A DNA stretch of 64,000 nt from Nemertoderma westbladi (lineage: Eukaryota > Animalia > Xenacoelomorpha): contig JAUCBJ010005047.1 of NCBI GenBank assembly GCA_032718475.1, positions 1 to 64,000 on the forward strand, given 5' to 3'. This document shows, one piece after another, positions 1 to 13,436 of this stretch; positions within the stretch are counted from its first letter, which is position 1, and each line of letters begins with the position of its first letter. Both the position numbers and the translations under genes were made by a program. The notes under the pieces were generated by a model. It did no database searches and was not told the DNA's origin. It worked only from the letters and a program-made list of their open reading frames with translations.

Positions 1-3000
1 TCTTCCACCCACACAATACTCGCTCCCCTACCCACGGAAACTACTACATCCCCCCAGTTCGCCTCTCTTCCACCCACACAATACTCGCTCCCCTACCCAC
101 GGAAACTACTACATCCCCCCAGTTCGCCTCTCTTCCACCCACACAATACTCGCTCCCCTACCCACGGAAACTACTACATCCCCCCAGTTCGCCTCTCTTC
201 CACCCACACAATACTCGCTCCCCTACCCACGGAAACTACTACATCCCCCCAGTTCGCCTCTCTTCCACCCACACAATACTCGCTCCCCTACCCACGGAAA
301 CTACTACATCCCCCCAGTTCGCCTCTCTTCCACCCACACAATACTCGCTCCCCTACCCACGGAAACTACTACATCCCCCCAGTTCGCCTCTCTTCCACCC
401 ACACAATACTCGCTCCCCTACCCACGGAAACTACTACATCCCCCCAGTTCGCCTCTCTTCCACCCACACAATACTCGCTCCCCTACCCACGGAAACTACT
501 ACATCCCCCCAGTTCGCCTCTCTTCCACCCACACAATATTCGCTCCCCTACCCACGGAAACTACTACATCCCCCTAGTTCGCCTCTCTTCCACCCTCACA
601 ATACTCGCTCCCCTACCCACGGAAACTACTACATCCCCCCAGTTCGCCTCTCTTCCACCCACACAATACTCGCTCCCCTACCCACGGAAACTACTACATC
701 CCCCCAGTTCGACTCTCTTCCACCCACACAATACTCGCTCCCCTACCCACGGAAACTACTACATCCCCCAGTTCGCCTCTCTTCCACCCACACAATACTC
801 GCTCCCCTACCCACGGAAACTACTACATCCCCCCAGTTCGCCTCTCTTCCACCCACACAATACTCGCTCCCCTACCCACGGAAACTACTACATCCCCCAG
901 TTCGCCTCTCTTCCACCCACACAATACTCGCTCCCCTACCCACGGAAACTACTACATCCCCCCAGTTCGCCTCTCTTCCACCCACACAATACTCGCTCCC
1001 CTACCCACGGAAACTACTACATCCCCCCAGTTCGCCTCTCTTCCACCCACACAATACTCGCTCCCCTACCCACGGAAACTACTACATCCCCCCAGTTCGC
1101 CTCTCTTCCACCCACACAATACTCGCTCCCCTACCAACGGAAACTACTACATCCCCCCAGTTCGCCTCTCTTCCACCCACACAATACTCGCTCCCCTACC
1201 CACGGAAACTACTACATCCCCCCAGTTCGCCTCTCTTCCACCCACACAATACTCGCTCCCCTACCCACGGAAACTACTACATCCCCCCAGTTCGCCTCTC
1301 TTCCACCCACACAATACTCGCTCCCCTACCAACGGAAACTACTACATCCCCCCAGTTCGCCTCTCTTCCACCCACACAATATTCGCTCCCCTACCCACGG
1401 AAACTACTACATCTCCCTAGTTCGCCTCTCTTCCACTCTCACAATACTCGCTCCCCTACCCACGGAAACTACTACATCCCCCCAGTTCGCCTCTCTTCCA
1501 CCCACACAATACTCGCTCCCCTACCCACGGAAACTACTACATCCCCCCAGTTCGCCTCTCTTCCACCCACACAATACTCGCTCCCCTACCCACGGAAACT
1601 ACTACATCCCCCCAGTTCGCCTCTCTTCCACCCACACAATACTCGCTCCCCTACCCACGGAAACTACTACATCCCCCCAGTTCGCCTCTCTTCCACCCAC
1701 ACAATACTCGCTCCCCTACCAACGGAAACTACTACATCCCCCCAGTTCGCCTCTCTTCCACCCACACAATACTCGCTCCCCTACCCACGGAAACTACTAC
1801 ATCCCCCCAGTTCGCCTCTCTTCCACCCACACAATACTCGCTCCCCTACCAACGGAAACTACTACATCCCCCCAGTTCGCCTCTCTTCCACCCACACAAT
1901 ACTCGCTCCCCTACCCACGGAAACTACTACATCCCCCCAGTTCGCCTCTCTTCCACCCACACAATACTCGCTCCCCTACCCACGGAAACTACTACATCCC
2001 CCCAGTTCGCCTCTCTTCCACCCACACAATACTCGCTCCCCTACCCACGGAAACTACTACATCCCCCCAGTTCGCCTCTCTTCCACCCACACAATACTCG
2101 CTCCCCTACCCACGGAAACTACTACATCCCCCCAGTTCGCCTCTCTTCCACCCACACAATACTCGCTCCCCTACCCACGGAAACTACTACATCCCCCCAG
2201 TTCGCCTCTCTTCCACCCACACAATACTCGCTCCCCTACCCACGGAAACTACTACATCCCCCCAGTTCGCCTCTCTTCCACCCACACAATACTCGCTCCC
2301 CTACCCACGGAAACTACTACATCCCCCCAGTTCGCCTCTCTTCCACCCACACAATACTCGCTCCCCTACCCACGGAAACTACTACATCCCCCCAGTTCGC
2401 CTCTCTTCCACCCACACAATACTCGCTCCCCTACCCACGGAAACTACTACATCCCCCCAGTTCGCCTCTCTTCCACCCACACAATACTCGCTCCCCTACC
2501 CACGGAAACTACTACATCCCCCCAGTTCGCCTCTCTTCCACCCACACAATACTCGCTCCCCTACCCACGGAAACTACTACATCCCCCCAGTTCGCCTCTC
2601 TTCCACCCACACAATACTCGCTCCCCTACCCACGGAAACTACTACATCCCCCCAGTTCGCCTCTCTTCCACCCACACAATACTCGCTCCCCTACCCACGG
2701 AAACTACTACATCCCCCCAGTTCGCCTCTCTTCCACCCACACAATACTCGCTCCCCTACCCACGGAAACTACTACATCCCCCCAGTTCGCCTCTCTTCCA
2801 CCCACACAATACTCGCTCCCCTACCCACGGAAACTACTACATCCCCCCAGTTCGCCTCTCTTCCACCCACACAATACTCGCTCCCCTACCCACGGAAACT
2901 ACTACATCCCCCCAGTTCGCCTCTCTTCCACCCACACAATACTCGCTCCCCTACCCACGGAAACTACTACATCCCCCCAGTTCGCCTCTCTTCCACCCAC

Positions 3001-6000
3001 ACAATACTCGCTCCCCTACCCACGGAAACTACTACATCCCCCCAGTTCGCCTCTCTTCCACCCACACAATACTCGCTCCCCTACCCACGGAAACTACTAC
3101 ATCCCCCTAGTTCGCCTCTCTTCCACCCACACAATACTCGCTCCCCTACCCACGGAAACTACTACATCCCCCCAGTTCGCCTCTCTTCCACCCACACAAT
3201 ACTCGCTCCCCTACCCACGGAAACTACTACATCCCCCCAGTTCGCCTCTCTTCCACCCACACAATACTCGCTCCCCTACCCACGGAAACTACTACATCCC
3301 CCCAGTTCGCCTCTCTTCCACCCACACAATACTCGCTCCCCTACCCACGGAAACTACTACATCCCCCCAGTTCGCCTCTCTTCCACCCACACAATACTCG
3401 CTCCCCTACCCACGGAAACTACTACATCCCCCCAGTTCGCCTCTCTTCCACCCACACAATACTCGCTCCCCTACCCACGGAAACTACTACATCCCCCCAG
3501 TTCGCCTCTCTTCCACCCACACAATACTCGCTCCCCTACCCACGGAAACTACTACATCCCCCCAGTTCGCCTCTCTTCCACCCACACAATACTCGCTCCC
3601 CTACCAACGGAAACTACTACATCTCCCCAGTTCGCCTCTCTTCCACTCTCACAATACTCGCTCCCCTACCCACGGAAACTACTACATCCCCCCAGTTCGC
3701 CTCTCTTCCACCCACACAATACTCGCTCCCCTACCCACGGAAACTACTACATCCCCCCAGTTCGCCTCTCTTCCACCCACACAATACTCGCTCCCCTACC
3801 AACGGAAACTACTACATCCCCCCAGTTCGCCTCTCTTCCACCCACACAATACTCGCTCCCCTACCCACGGAAACTACTACATCCCCCCAGTTCGCCTCTC
3901 TTCCACCCACACAATACTCGCTCCCCTACCAACGGAAACTACTACATCCCCCCAGTTCGCCTCTCTTCCACCCACACAATACTCGCTCCCCTACCCACGG
4001 AAACTACTACATCCCCCCAGTTCGCCTCTCTTCCACCCACACAATACTCGCTCCCCTACCCACGGAAACTACTACATCCCCCCAGTTCGCCTCTCTTCCA
4101 CCCACACAATACTCGCTCCCCTACCAACGGAAACTACTACATCCCCCCAGTTCGCCTCTCTTCCACCCACACAATACTCGCTCCCCTACCCACGGAAACT
4201 ACTACATCCCCCCAGTTCGCCTCTCTTCCACCCACACAATACTCGCTCCCCTACCCACGGAAACTACTACATCCCCCCAGTTCGCCTCTCTTCCACCCAC
4301 ACAATACTCGCTCCCCTACCCACGGAAACTACTACATCCCCCCAGTTCGCCTCTCTTCCACCCACACAATACTCGCTCCCCTACCCACGGAAACTACTAC
4401 ATCCCCCCAGTTCGCCTCTCTTCCACCCACACAATACTCGCTCCCCTACCCACGGAAACTACTACATCCCCCCAGTTCGCCTCTCTTCCACCCACACAAT
4501 ACTCGCTCCCCTACCCACGGAAACTACTACATCCCCCCAGTTCGCCTCTCTTCCACCCACACAATACTCGCTCCCCTACCCACGGAAACTACTACATCCC
4601 CCCAGTTCGCCTCTCTTCCACCCACACAATACTCGCTCCCCTACCCACGGAAACTACTACATCCCCCCAGTTCGCCTCTCTTCCACCCACACAATACTCG
4701 CTCCCCTACCAACGGAAACTACTACATCCCCCCAGTTCGCCTCTCTTCCACCCACACAATACTCGCTCCCCTACCCACGGAAACTACTACATCCCCCCAG
4801 TTCGCCTCTCTTCCACCCACACAATACTCGCTCCCCTACCCACGGAAACTACTACATCCCCCCAGTTCGCCTCTCTTCCACCCACACAATACTCGCTCCC
4901 CTACCCACGGAAACTACTACATCCCCCCAGTTCGCCTCTCTTCCACCCACACAATACTCGCTCCCCTACCCACGGAAACTACTACATCCCCCCAGTTCGC
5001 CTCTCTTCCACCCACACAATACTCGCTCCCCTACCCACGGAAACTACTACATCCCCCCAGTTCGCCTCTCTTCCACCCACACAATACTCGCTCCCCTACC
5101 CACGGAAACTACTACATCCCCCCAGTTCGCCTCTCTTCCACCCACACAATACTCGCTCCCCTACCCACGGAAACTACTACATCCCCCCAGTTCGCCTCTC
5201 TTCCACCCACACAATACTCGCTCCCCTACCCACGGAAACTACTACATCCCCCCAGTTCGCCTCTCTTCCACCCACACAATACTCGCTCCCCTACCCACGG
5301 AAACTACTACATCCCCCCAGTTCGCCTCTCTTCCACCCACACAATACTCGCTCCCCTACCCACGGAAACTACTACATCCCCCCAGTTCGCCTCTCTTCCA
5401 CCCACACAATACTCGCTCCCCTACCCACGGAAACTACTACATCCCCCCAGTTCGCCTCTCTTCCACCCACACAATACTCGCTCCCCTACCCACGGAAACT
5501 ACTACATCCCCCCAGTTCGCCTCTCTTCCACCCACACAATACTCGCTCCCCTACCCACGGAAACTACTACATCCCCCCAGTTCGCCTCTCTTCCACCCAC
5601 ACAATACTCGCTCCCCTACCCACGGAAACTACTACATCCCCCCAGTTCGCCTCTCTTCCACCCACACAATACTCGCTCCCCTACCCACGGAAACTACTAC
5701 ATCCCCCCAGTTCGCCTCTCTTCCACCCACACAATACTCGCTCCCCTACCCACGGAAACTACTACATCCCCCCAGTTCGCCTCTCTTCCACCCACACAAT
5801 ACTCGCTCCCCTACCCACGGAAACTACTACATCCCCCCAGTTCGCCTCTCTTCCACCCACACAATACTCGCTCCCCTACCCACGGAAACTACTACATCCC
5901 CCCAGTTCGCCTCTCTTCCACCCACACAATACTCGCTCCCCTACCCACGGAAACTACTACATCCCCCCAGTTCGCCTCTCTTCCACCCACACAATACTCG

Positions 6001-9000
6001 CTCCCCTACCCACGGAAACTACTACATCCCCCCAGTTCGCCTCTCTTCCACCCACACAATACTCGCTCCCCTACCCACGGAAACTACTACATCCCCCCAG
6101 TTCGCCTCTCTTCTCTTCCACCCACACAATACTCGCTCCCCTACCCACGGAAACTACTACATCCCCCCAGTTCGCCTCTCTTCCACCCACACAATACTCG
6201 CTCCCCTACCCACGGAAACTACTACATCCCCCCAGTTCGCCTCTCTTCCACCCACACAATACCCGCTCCCCTACCCACGGAAACTACTACATCCCCCCAG
6301 TTCGCCTCTCTTCTCTTCCACCCTCACAATACTCGCTCCCCTACCCACGGAAACTACTACATCCCCCCAGTTCGCCTCTCTTCCACCCACACAATACTCG
6401 CTCCCCTACCAACGGAAACTACTACATCCCCCCAGTTCGCCTCTCTTCCACCCACACAATACCCGCTCCCCTACCCACGGAAACTACTACATCCCCCCAG
6501 TTCGCCTCTCTTCTCTTCCACCCACACAATACTCGCTCCCCTACCCACGGAAACTACTACATCCCCCCAGTTCGCCTCTCTTCCACCCACACAATACTCG
6601 CTCCCCTACCCACGGAAACTACTACATCCCCCCAGTTCGCCTCTCTTCCACCCACACAATACTCGCTCCCCTACCAACGGAAACTACTACATCCCCCTAG
6701 TTCGCCTCTCTTCCACCCACACAATACTCGCTCCCCTACCCACGGAAACTACTACATCCCCCTAGTTCGCCTCTCTTCCACCCACACAATACTCGCTCCC
6801 CTACCCACGGAAACTACTACATCCCCCTAGTTCGCCTCTCTTCCACCCACACAATACTCGCTCCCCTACCCACGGAAACTACTACATCCCCCCAGTTCGC
6901 CTCTCTTCCACTCTCACAATACCCGCTCCCCTACCAACGGAAACTACTACATCCCCCCAGTTCGCCTCTCTTCCACCCACACAATTCTCGCTCCCCTACC
7001 CACGGAAACTACTACATCCCCCTAGTTCGCCTCTCTTCCACCCACACAATACTCGCTCCCCTACCCACGGAAACTACTACATCCCCCCAGTTCGCCTCTC
7101 TTCCACTCTCACAATACCCGCTCCCTTACCAACGGAAACTACTACATCCCCCCAGTTCGCCTCTCTTCCACTCTCACAATACTCACTCCCCTACCAACGG
7201 AAACTACTACATCCCCCTAGTTCGCCTCTCTTCCACCCACACAATACTCGCTCCCCTACCCACGGAAACTACTACATCCCCCCAGTTCGCCTCTCTTCCA
7301 CCCACACAATACTCGCTCCCCTACCAACGGAAACTACTACATCCCCCCAGTTCGCCTCTCTTCCACTCTCACAATACTCGCTCCCCTACCAACGGAAACT
7401 ACTACATCCCCCTAGTTCGCCTCTCTTCCACTCTCACAATACTCGCTCCCCTACCAACGGAAACTACTACATCCCCCTAGTTCGCCTCTCTTCCACCCAC
7501 ACAATACTCGCTCCCCTACCAACGGAAACTACTACATCCCCCCAGTTCGCCGGTCTTCCACCCACACAATACTCGCTCCCCTACCAACGGAAACTACTGC
7601 ATCCCCCCAGTTCGCCTCTCTTCCACCCACACAATACTCGCTCTCCTACCAACGGAAACTACTACATCCCCCTAGTTCGCCTCTCTTCCACTCACACAAT
7701 ACTCGCTCCCCTACTCACGGAAACTACTACATCCCCCCAGTTCGCCTCTCTTCCACCCACACATGACTCGCTCCCCTACCAACGGAAACTACTACATCCC
7801 CCCAGTTCGCCTCTCTTCCACCCACACATGACTCGCTCCCCTACCAACGGAAACTACTACATCCCCCCAGTTCGCCTCTCTTCCATCCACACAATACTCG
7901 CTCCCCTACTCACGGAAACTACTACATCCCCCCAGTTCGCCTCTCTTCCACCCACACAATACTCGCTCCCCTACCCACGGAAACTACTACATCCCCCCAG
8001 TTCGCCTCTCTTCCACCCACACAATACTCGCTCCCCTACCAACGGAAACTACTACATCCCCCCAGTTCGCCTCTCTTCCACCCACACAATACTCGCTCCC
8101 CTACCCACGGAAACTACTACATCCCCCCAGTTCGCCTCTCTTCCACCCACACAATACTCGCTCCCCTACCAACGGAAACTACTACATCCCCCCAGTTCGC
8201 CTCTCTTCCACCCACACAATACTCGCTCCCCTACTCACGGAAACTACTACATCCCCCCAGTTCGCCTCTCTTCCACCCACACATGACTCGCTCCCCTACC
8301 AACCGAAACTACTACATCCCCCCAGTTCGCCTCTCTTCCACCCACACATGACTCGCTCCCCTACCAACGGAAACTACTACATCCCCCCAGTTCGCCTCTC
8401 TTCCACCCACACAATACTCGCTCCCCTACTCACGGAAACTACTACATCCCCCCAGTTCGCCTCTCTTCCACCCACACAATACTCGCTCCCCTACCCACGG
8501 AAACTACTACATCCCCCCAGTTCGCCTCTCTTCCACCCACACAATACTCGCTCCCCTACCAACGGAAACTACTTCATCCCCCCAGTTCGCCTCTCTTCCA
8601 CCCACACAATACTCGCTCCCCTACCAACGGAAACTACTACATCCCCCCAGTTCGCCTCTCTTCCACCCACACAATACTCGCTCCCCTACCAACGGAAACT
8701 ACTACATCCCCCCAGTTCGCCTCTCTTCCACCCACACAATACTCGCTCCCCTACCAACGGAAACTACTACATCCCCCCAGTTCGCCTCTCTTCCACCCAC
8801 ACAATACTCGCTCCCCTACCAACGGAAACTACTACATCCCCCCAGTTCGCCTCTCTTCCACCCACACAATACTCGCTCCCCTACTCACGGAAACTACTAC
8901 ATCCCCCCAGTTCGCCGGTCTTCCACCCTCACAATACTCGCTCCCCTACCAACGGAAACTACTACATCCCCCCAGTTTGCCTCTCTTCCTTCCACCCACA

Positions 9001-9030
9001 CAATACTCGCTCCCCTACCCACGGAAACTA
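1..9030. repeat. 65-bp tandem satellite (~139 copies, runs off left edge), derived from LINE ORF2 C-terminus
   Basis: Unit TCTTCCACCCACACAATACTCGCTCCCCTACCCACGGAAACTACTACATCCCCCCAGTTCGCCTC repeats at 65-bp period. Core is nearly invariant, with variants accumulating after ~6100. Confidence 0.98.
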
Positions 9031-9068
9031 CCCTCAATTTCTTCCACTCTTCTTTCCATTTCTTTCAA

Positions 9069-9737
9069 TCTCTTCCACCCAACGATCGTTGACCATTCTA
9101 GGCCCCTCAATTTGGAATGCAGTTCCCAACAGAATCAAATATATTAAACAGACTACCTCCTTCTCAAAACACATTAAGATACATTTTCTGAACAGTCTTG
9201 GATAACAGTTGGTCTTTATGTAGCTAAATCTATCCAACCTTGCATATATAGACAGTAAAATAGAATGATAAAAAAAATATAAAAAAATCAAGCAATAAAA
9301 AAGCACTTTTAAAGAAAATAAATACTGGGATCTCGAGTATACTCGTTCAAGCGACAATCCAAACCCCCTCCACTCCTAACCCTCCCCATAATCCCCCCAC
9401 TCCCCATTTCCTTTATAGTAATGATATCCATCCATCACAGAGTTACACCAACTTACACCATAATTAACTGGTTGGTAGTGGCCACTAGCTATGCTATTAC
9501 ATATCCACCAACCAGTCCATCAAACGTAATTTATTCGTTCCACATCTTTCATTCCATATTCCATATTCCGATATATTCCATTCCATATCATTCGCTCCAT
9601 ATCAGTCATAATTAACAACTAAATTAAACAGTAAATTGTACCTTATGGTCAAATTGGTGATGGGGTGTTTAAAATTCTATATTAATTTTAACATTTGTTG
9701 TGTTTTTTGGAAATAAACAAACAAAGAATTGAATTGA
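9069..9737 (+). mobile_element. 3' end of CR1/L2/Crack-like LINE (ORF2 C-terminus, 3'UTR, tail)
   Basis: Encodes SSTQRSLTILGPSIWNAVPNRIK...FSKHIKIHFL* (GPxxWNxxP...FxxxxKxxL motif, as in the LINE at 31796-32893). Ends in AATAAA followed by short repeats CAAACAAA/GAATTGAATTGA. Confidence 0.8.
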
Positions 9738-10289
9738 TACTCAAGGCTTTGCCTTCCATGGTGCCCTAGACACTGTAGCCCTTGATGACTTATTTAGTTG
9801 ACGGAGCTTACGAGCCCACTCAGTGATCAACTAAATGATGAATGGGCATCTGATGCTTATTGGGCTGCTTTTATGGGACTGGGCTGACATATACATACAG
9901 GTAGTACCACATTACTGCCATGATCTGTGGTAGCCATGATCTGTGGTGGACCCTGCCTAACCTGAACAGCTGATTCTGACTGTCTGACAGAAAAGTTGAA
10001 TTTCAGTCATTTTAAACTATTGACAAAATTGATTCTCTGTGATACTTTTTTCATATCGAAGTACTTTGTTTTATCACTTGCCGAATAGATTTATTAATTA
10101 TTTTGTGATTTCATTTATTATTAGTCGCAAACGTCTACACCAAGGCCCCTGTCTACAACCAAACAAACTTGGAGACAAGCAATATTTCGACGTGTGGCGA
10201 CGCCAGTTAAAAGGGAACTTAGCGTGGCCTCGGATAATAGTAAGTTCCAGTGCAATTATTTGAATTTGAATTATTTGGGCTGCTGAAAG

Positions 10290-11048
10290 AATTAATTAGC
10301 AGAAAGTCTTTTACATAGAAAACATAATGATTTTTGGAAAGAGGTCTCCAAGATGAGTAACCAGCATACAGTCCTACCTGACAGTGTAGATACATCAAAT
10401 GGTGAAGAGGCTATATGTGATATGTGGCGCACTGAGTATAGTCAGCTGCTTAATCAGGATCCCAAGAAAAGCAAGGAACAAATGGAAGATCTAGTACATA
10501 ATTTGATCCCCGACAGTGAGGAAAATCCGAAGGATAGTGCAGTAAGCGCGTCAGAAATTTTCGAGGCCATTAAGGAATTAAGTGGAGGGAAAGCAATTGG
10601 GGCAGATGGTGTAAGTGCAGAACATTTACTCTGTAAAATAGGACAATATGATAATGCTCTCCAAAGCGAAAAATATCAACCGGCCCTATTGGGGCTCGAA
10701 CCCGGTACCTAGGTTTCAAACTTCTGGTTATCATCAGCCGGGTGAGCGTCACTCACCCCACAACAATTCACTTATTATTATGAACATTTACTTACCAGCC
10801 GAGTTATCTGTGAATATTTCTTTTTTGTTAACAGCTTCATTGTCTAACAGTTACTTTCAATCAAAGTTTATTGTAAGTTATATTGTACCTGTTTTAAAAA
10901 ACAAGAATGAAAAATTAACTGATAAGTGTAATTATAGGCCAGTTGCAATATCGAATATTTTGTCTGAAGTTCTAGAACGAGTGATTCTTATGCGTTATAA
11001 ATCACATTTAATAGTCGCTGATAATCAATTTGGTTATAAAGCTAATCA
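10290..11048 (+). pseudogene. Degenerate non-LTR retrotransposon RT fragment
   Basis: Peptides GKAIGADGVSAEHLL and IVPVLKNKNEKLTDKCNYRPVAISNILSEVLERVIL...DNQFGYKANH match RT N-terminal motifs. Interrupted by a SINE and truncated by an RTE copy. Confidence 0.8.
10631..10781 (-). mobile_element. tRNA-derived SINE-like insertion with 11-bp TSD
   Basis: GAACATTTACT direct repeat at 10620-10630 and 10782-10792. Minus strand carries B-box GGTTCGAGCCC and an upstream A-box-like TGGGGTGAGTGA. Confidence 0.65.
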
Positions 11049-11052
11049 TTGT

Positions 11053-11468
11053 CTGCTGAGGACACCAAATCTCTGGATGGCACATTCACAAGAATGCATC
11101 ACAGGATTCATTGTGTCAAGTACAATGCACACATCTCCAACCAGACATTATATAACATTGGAGGTGTCTCATTGGTTCCCCCAAGCTTGACACTAGAACA
11201 AAATCGCCTCCGCTTTGCAGGACATTGCTTTCGCCGTGAGGACCAGCCAGTGCATAATCTTGTACTTTGGCAGCCTCATGGAGTGAATAAGCATGGTGGA
11301 CAGCCTATGACTTTCTTGAGACGCATCTTAAAGGACACTGGCCTTGAAGATGCGGATGATCTAGCAAATGTCATGGGTGATAGGGAGTTGTGGCGGCGCA
11401 ATTTTGTCGACAAGCCGGCACAGCATTCTTAAAAATGCAGCTGCAATGCAGCATGCCGATACTACTAG
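11053..11468 (+). mobile_element. 5'-truncated RTE-clade LINE, 3' fragment
   Basis: Near-identical to the reverse complement of 16115-16530. Encodes RLRFAGHCFRREDQP...GGQPMTF, with a short 3'UTR and a TAC/TAG tail. Confidence 0.88.
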
Positions 11469-11472
11469 TATA

Positions 11473-12638
11473 GAGGAATATGCTAAGACTACATATTCTT
11501 CACTTCATGCGTTGCGGGTGCTAAAATGTGTTACCGGTAATAATGTTTAGAGTTCAAAAATAGTTTACAAAGGAAATAGGCCGATGGTTCTTATCGATTC
11601 TCTATGCTTTTTATTGCCTTTGTTCACGATAGGGCAAGGATATATTTAATATGTTAACCCATTGACAAGGGAAGGGGGAGACTAAATTGTCTACCATGAT
11701 TGGTTGCACTTGTTATTTGGCCAAACAATTTGATTATATGCAGTATTTATCAGCTTTCGCTTAACCACTTCACCGGTAGATTGGTAGCTTACTACTGTAG
11801 AATATTTAAATAATCCAATGGAAACAAAGATACTTGAATCATGAGACGTGAATTTTAAGTCTACTTTTTATTCATCCTGTGTTTCTATGTGAAAGAGCCG
11901 AATATTATTTATTACCAGTGCTGTATGTAGAGATATGAGCTTCCGATTCTGTTATTACATTTGTCTGATAATCAGATACCTGACATATACCGATACTTGC
12001 CTAACAACCCAACCCTACCGGACCTGAAATGAAAAATCATTGTTATCAGGACTGCTACGCGTAGCAGTCCTGATAACAATGATTTTTCATTTCAGGTCCG
12101 GTAGGGTTGAGTTGTTAGGCAAGTATCGGTATATGTCAGGTATCTGATTATCAGACAAATGGAATAACAGAATCGGAAGCTCATATCTCTACATACAGCA
12201 CTGGTAATAAATAATATTCGGCTCTTTCACATACAAACACAGGATGAATAAAAAGTAGACTTAAAATTCACGTCTCATGATTCAAGTATCTTTGTTTCCA
12301 TTGGACTATTTAAATATTCTACAGTAGTAAGCTACCAGTCTACCGGTGAAGTGGTTAAGCGAAAGCTGATAAATATTGCATATAATTCAATTGTTTGGTC
12401 AAATAACAACCAACCAATCATGGTAGACAATTTAGTCTCCCCCTTCCCTTGTCAAGGGTTAACATATTAAATATATCCTTGCCCTATCGTGAACAAAGGC
12501 AATAAAAAGCAATGGAGAATCGATAAGAACCATCGGCCTATTTCCTTTGTAAACTATTTTTGAACTCTAAACATTATTAACACATTTTAGCGCCCGCAAC
12601 GCATGAAGTGAAGAATATGTAGTCTTAGCGTATGCCTC
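11473..12638. mobile_element. Spacerless ~1.17-kb palindrome (foldback element, possibly Sola-like)
   Basis: Symmetry centre at 12059/12060 (ACTGCTACG|CGTAGCAGT). Arms are ~580 bp with few mismatches. Termini GAGG...CCTC are flanked by TATA on both sides. Confidence 0.9.
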
Positions 12639-12804
12639 TATATAGAGATATACAGGTATAGGATACATTACTGTTGAAAGCATTTGATGGTTGTGGGTTG
12701 TTTATTGAACATACAGTATTGTCTTATTTTAGTACTGAACCGCTTGAAATACGTAGGCCTACTAATGATAAACGTCGTTAGGCATAGTTATGGGTAGCAC
12801 CTTC

Positions 12805-12943
12805 GCGTAGTTATACGTAGCACCTACGCGTACGCGTAGTTAATGTTAAAACTCTGAAACTGGTGATATATGACCCAATGTTGCGAACTACGCGTAGCTA
12901 CGCGTAGGCCTACGCGTAGCTACGCGTAGGCCTACGCGTAGGT
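12805..12943. repeat. Cluster of palindromic TACGCGTA/TAGGCCTA units upstream of EMC8/9
   Basis: AACTACGCGTAGCTACGCGTAGGCCTACGCGTAGCTACGCGTAGGCCTACGCGTAGG plus flanking copies. Confidence 0.75.
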
Positions 12944-13436
12944 CGAAGATATTTACCCATATTAAATTACTGTATTAGATTTGGTATTTCGAATTTGGCC
13001 TACCGCTAATGATTGTAAATGATTTCGTAGGCCCCTAGAACTGTCAGACTGTAGCATCCTAGGGCCTATTCATATTCCTGTATTACTGTATTATACTTCA
13101 TATATCGCATAAATAACTACATCGATTTGTATAGCAGTCAAGCAGTAGGCATACTGCAGTAGACTGCAGTATAGTAGTAAGCAACAATTGGCCTAATGAT
13201 TAAGCTCCCGGTTTGCGGTAGGCCTAGCCTATCACCTGTATGCTGTATACCAGTATACGCTATGTAGGCCTAACTAACCACTACATGCACTACAGCACTA
13301 GTATTTTAACGGTACCGGTACCGCACCACGGATTACAGACTAGGCCTGTAGAAATAGAACTACCGGTCCGGTAGTAATAAACCTGTCGACATATTTTGCA
13401 AATCACAATTCACAACTTAACAGACCAACAGACGTA

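Noticed and set aside
7828-9205. Pro/Thr-rich protein genes
   Set aside because: The 65-bp unit cycles through all frames; ATGs arise from a satellite variant; only the LINE-derived frame is meaningful.
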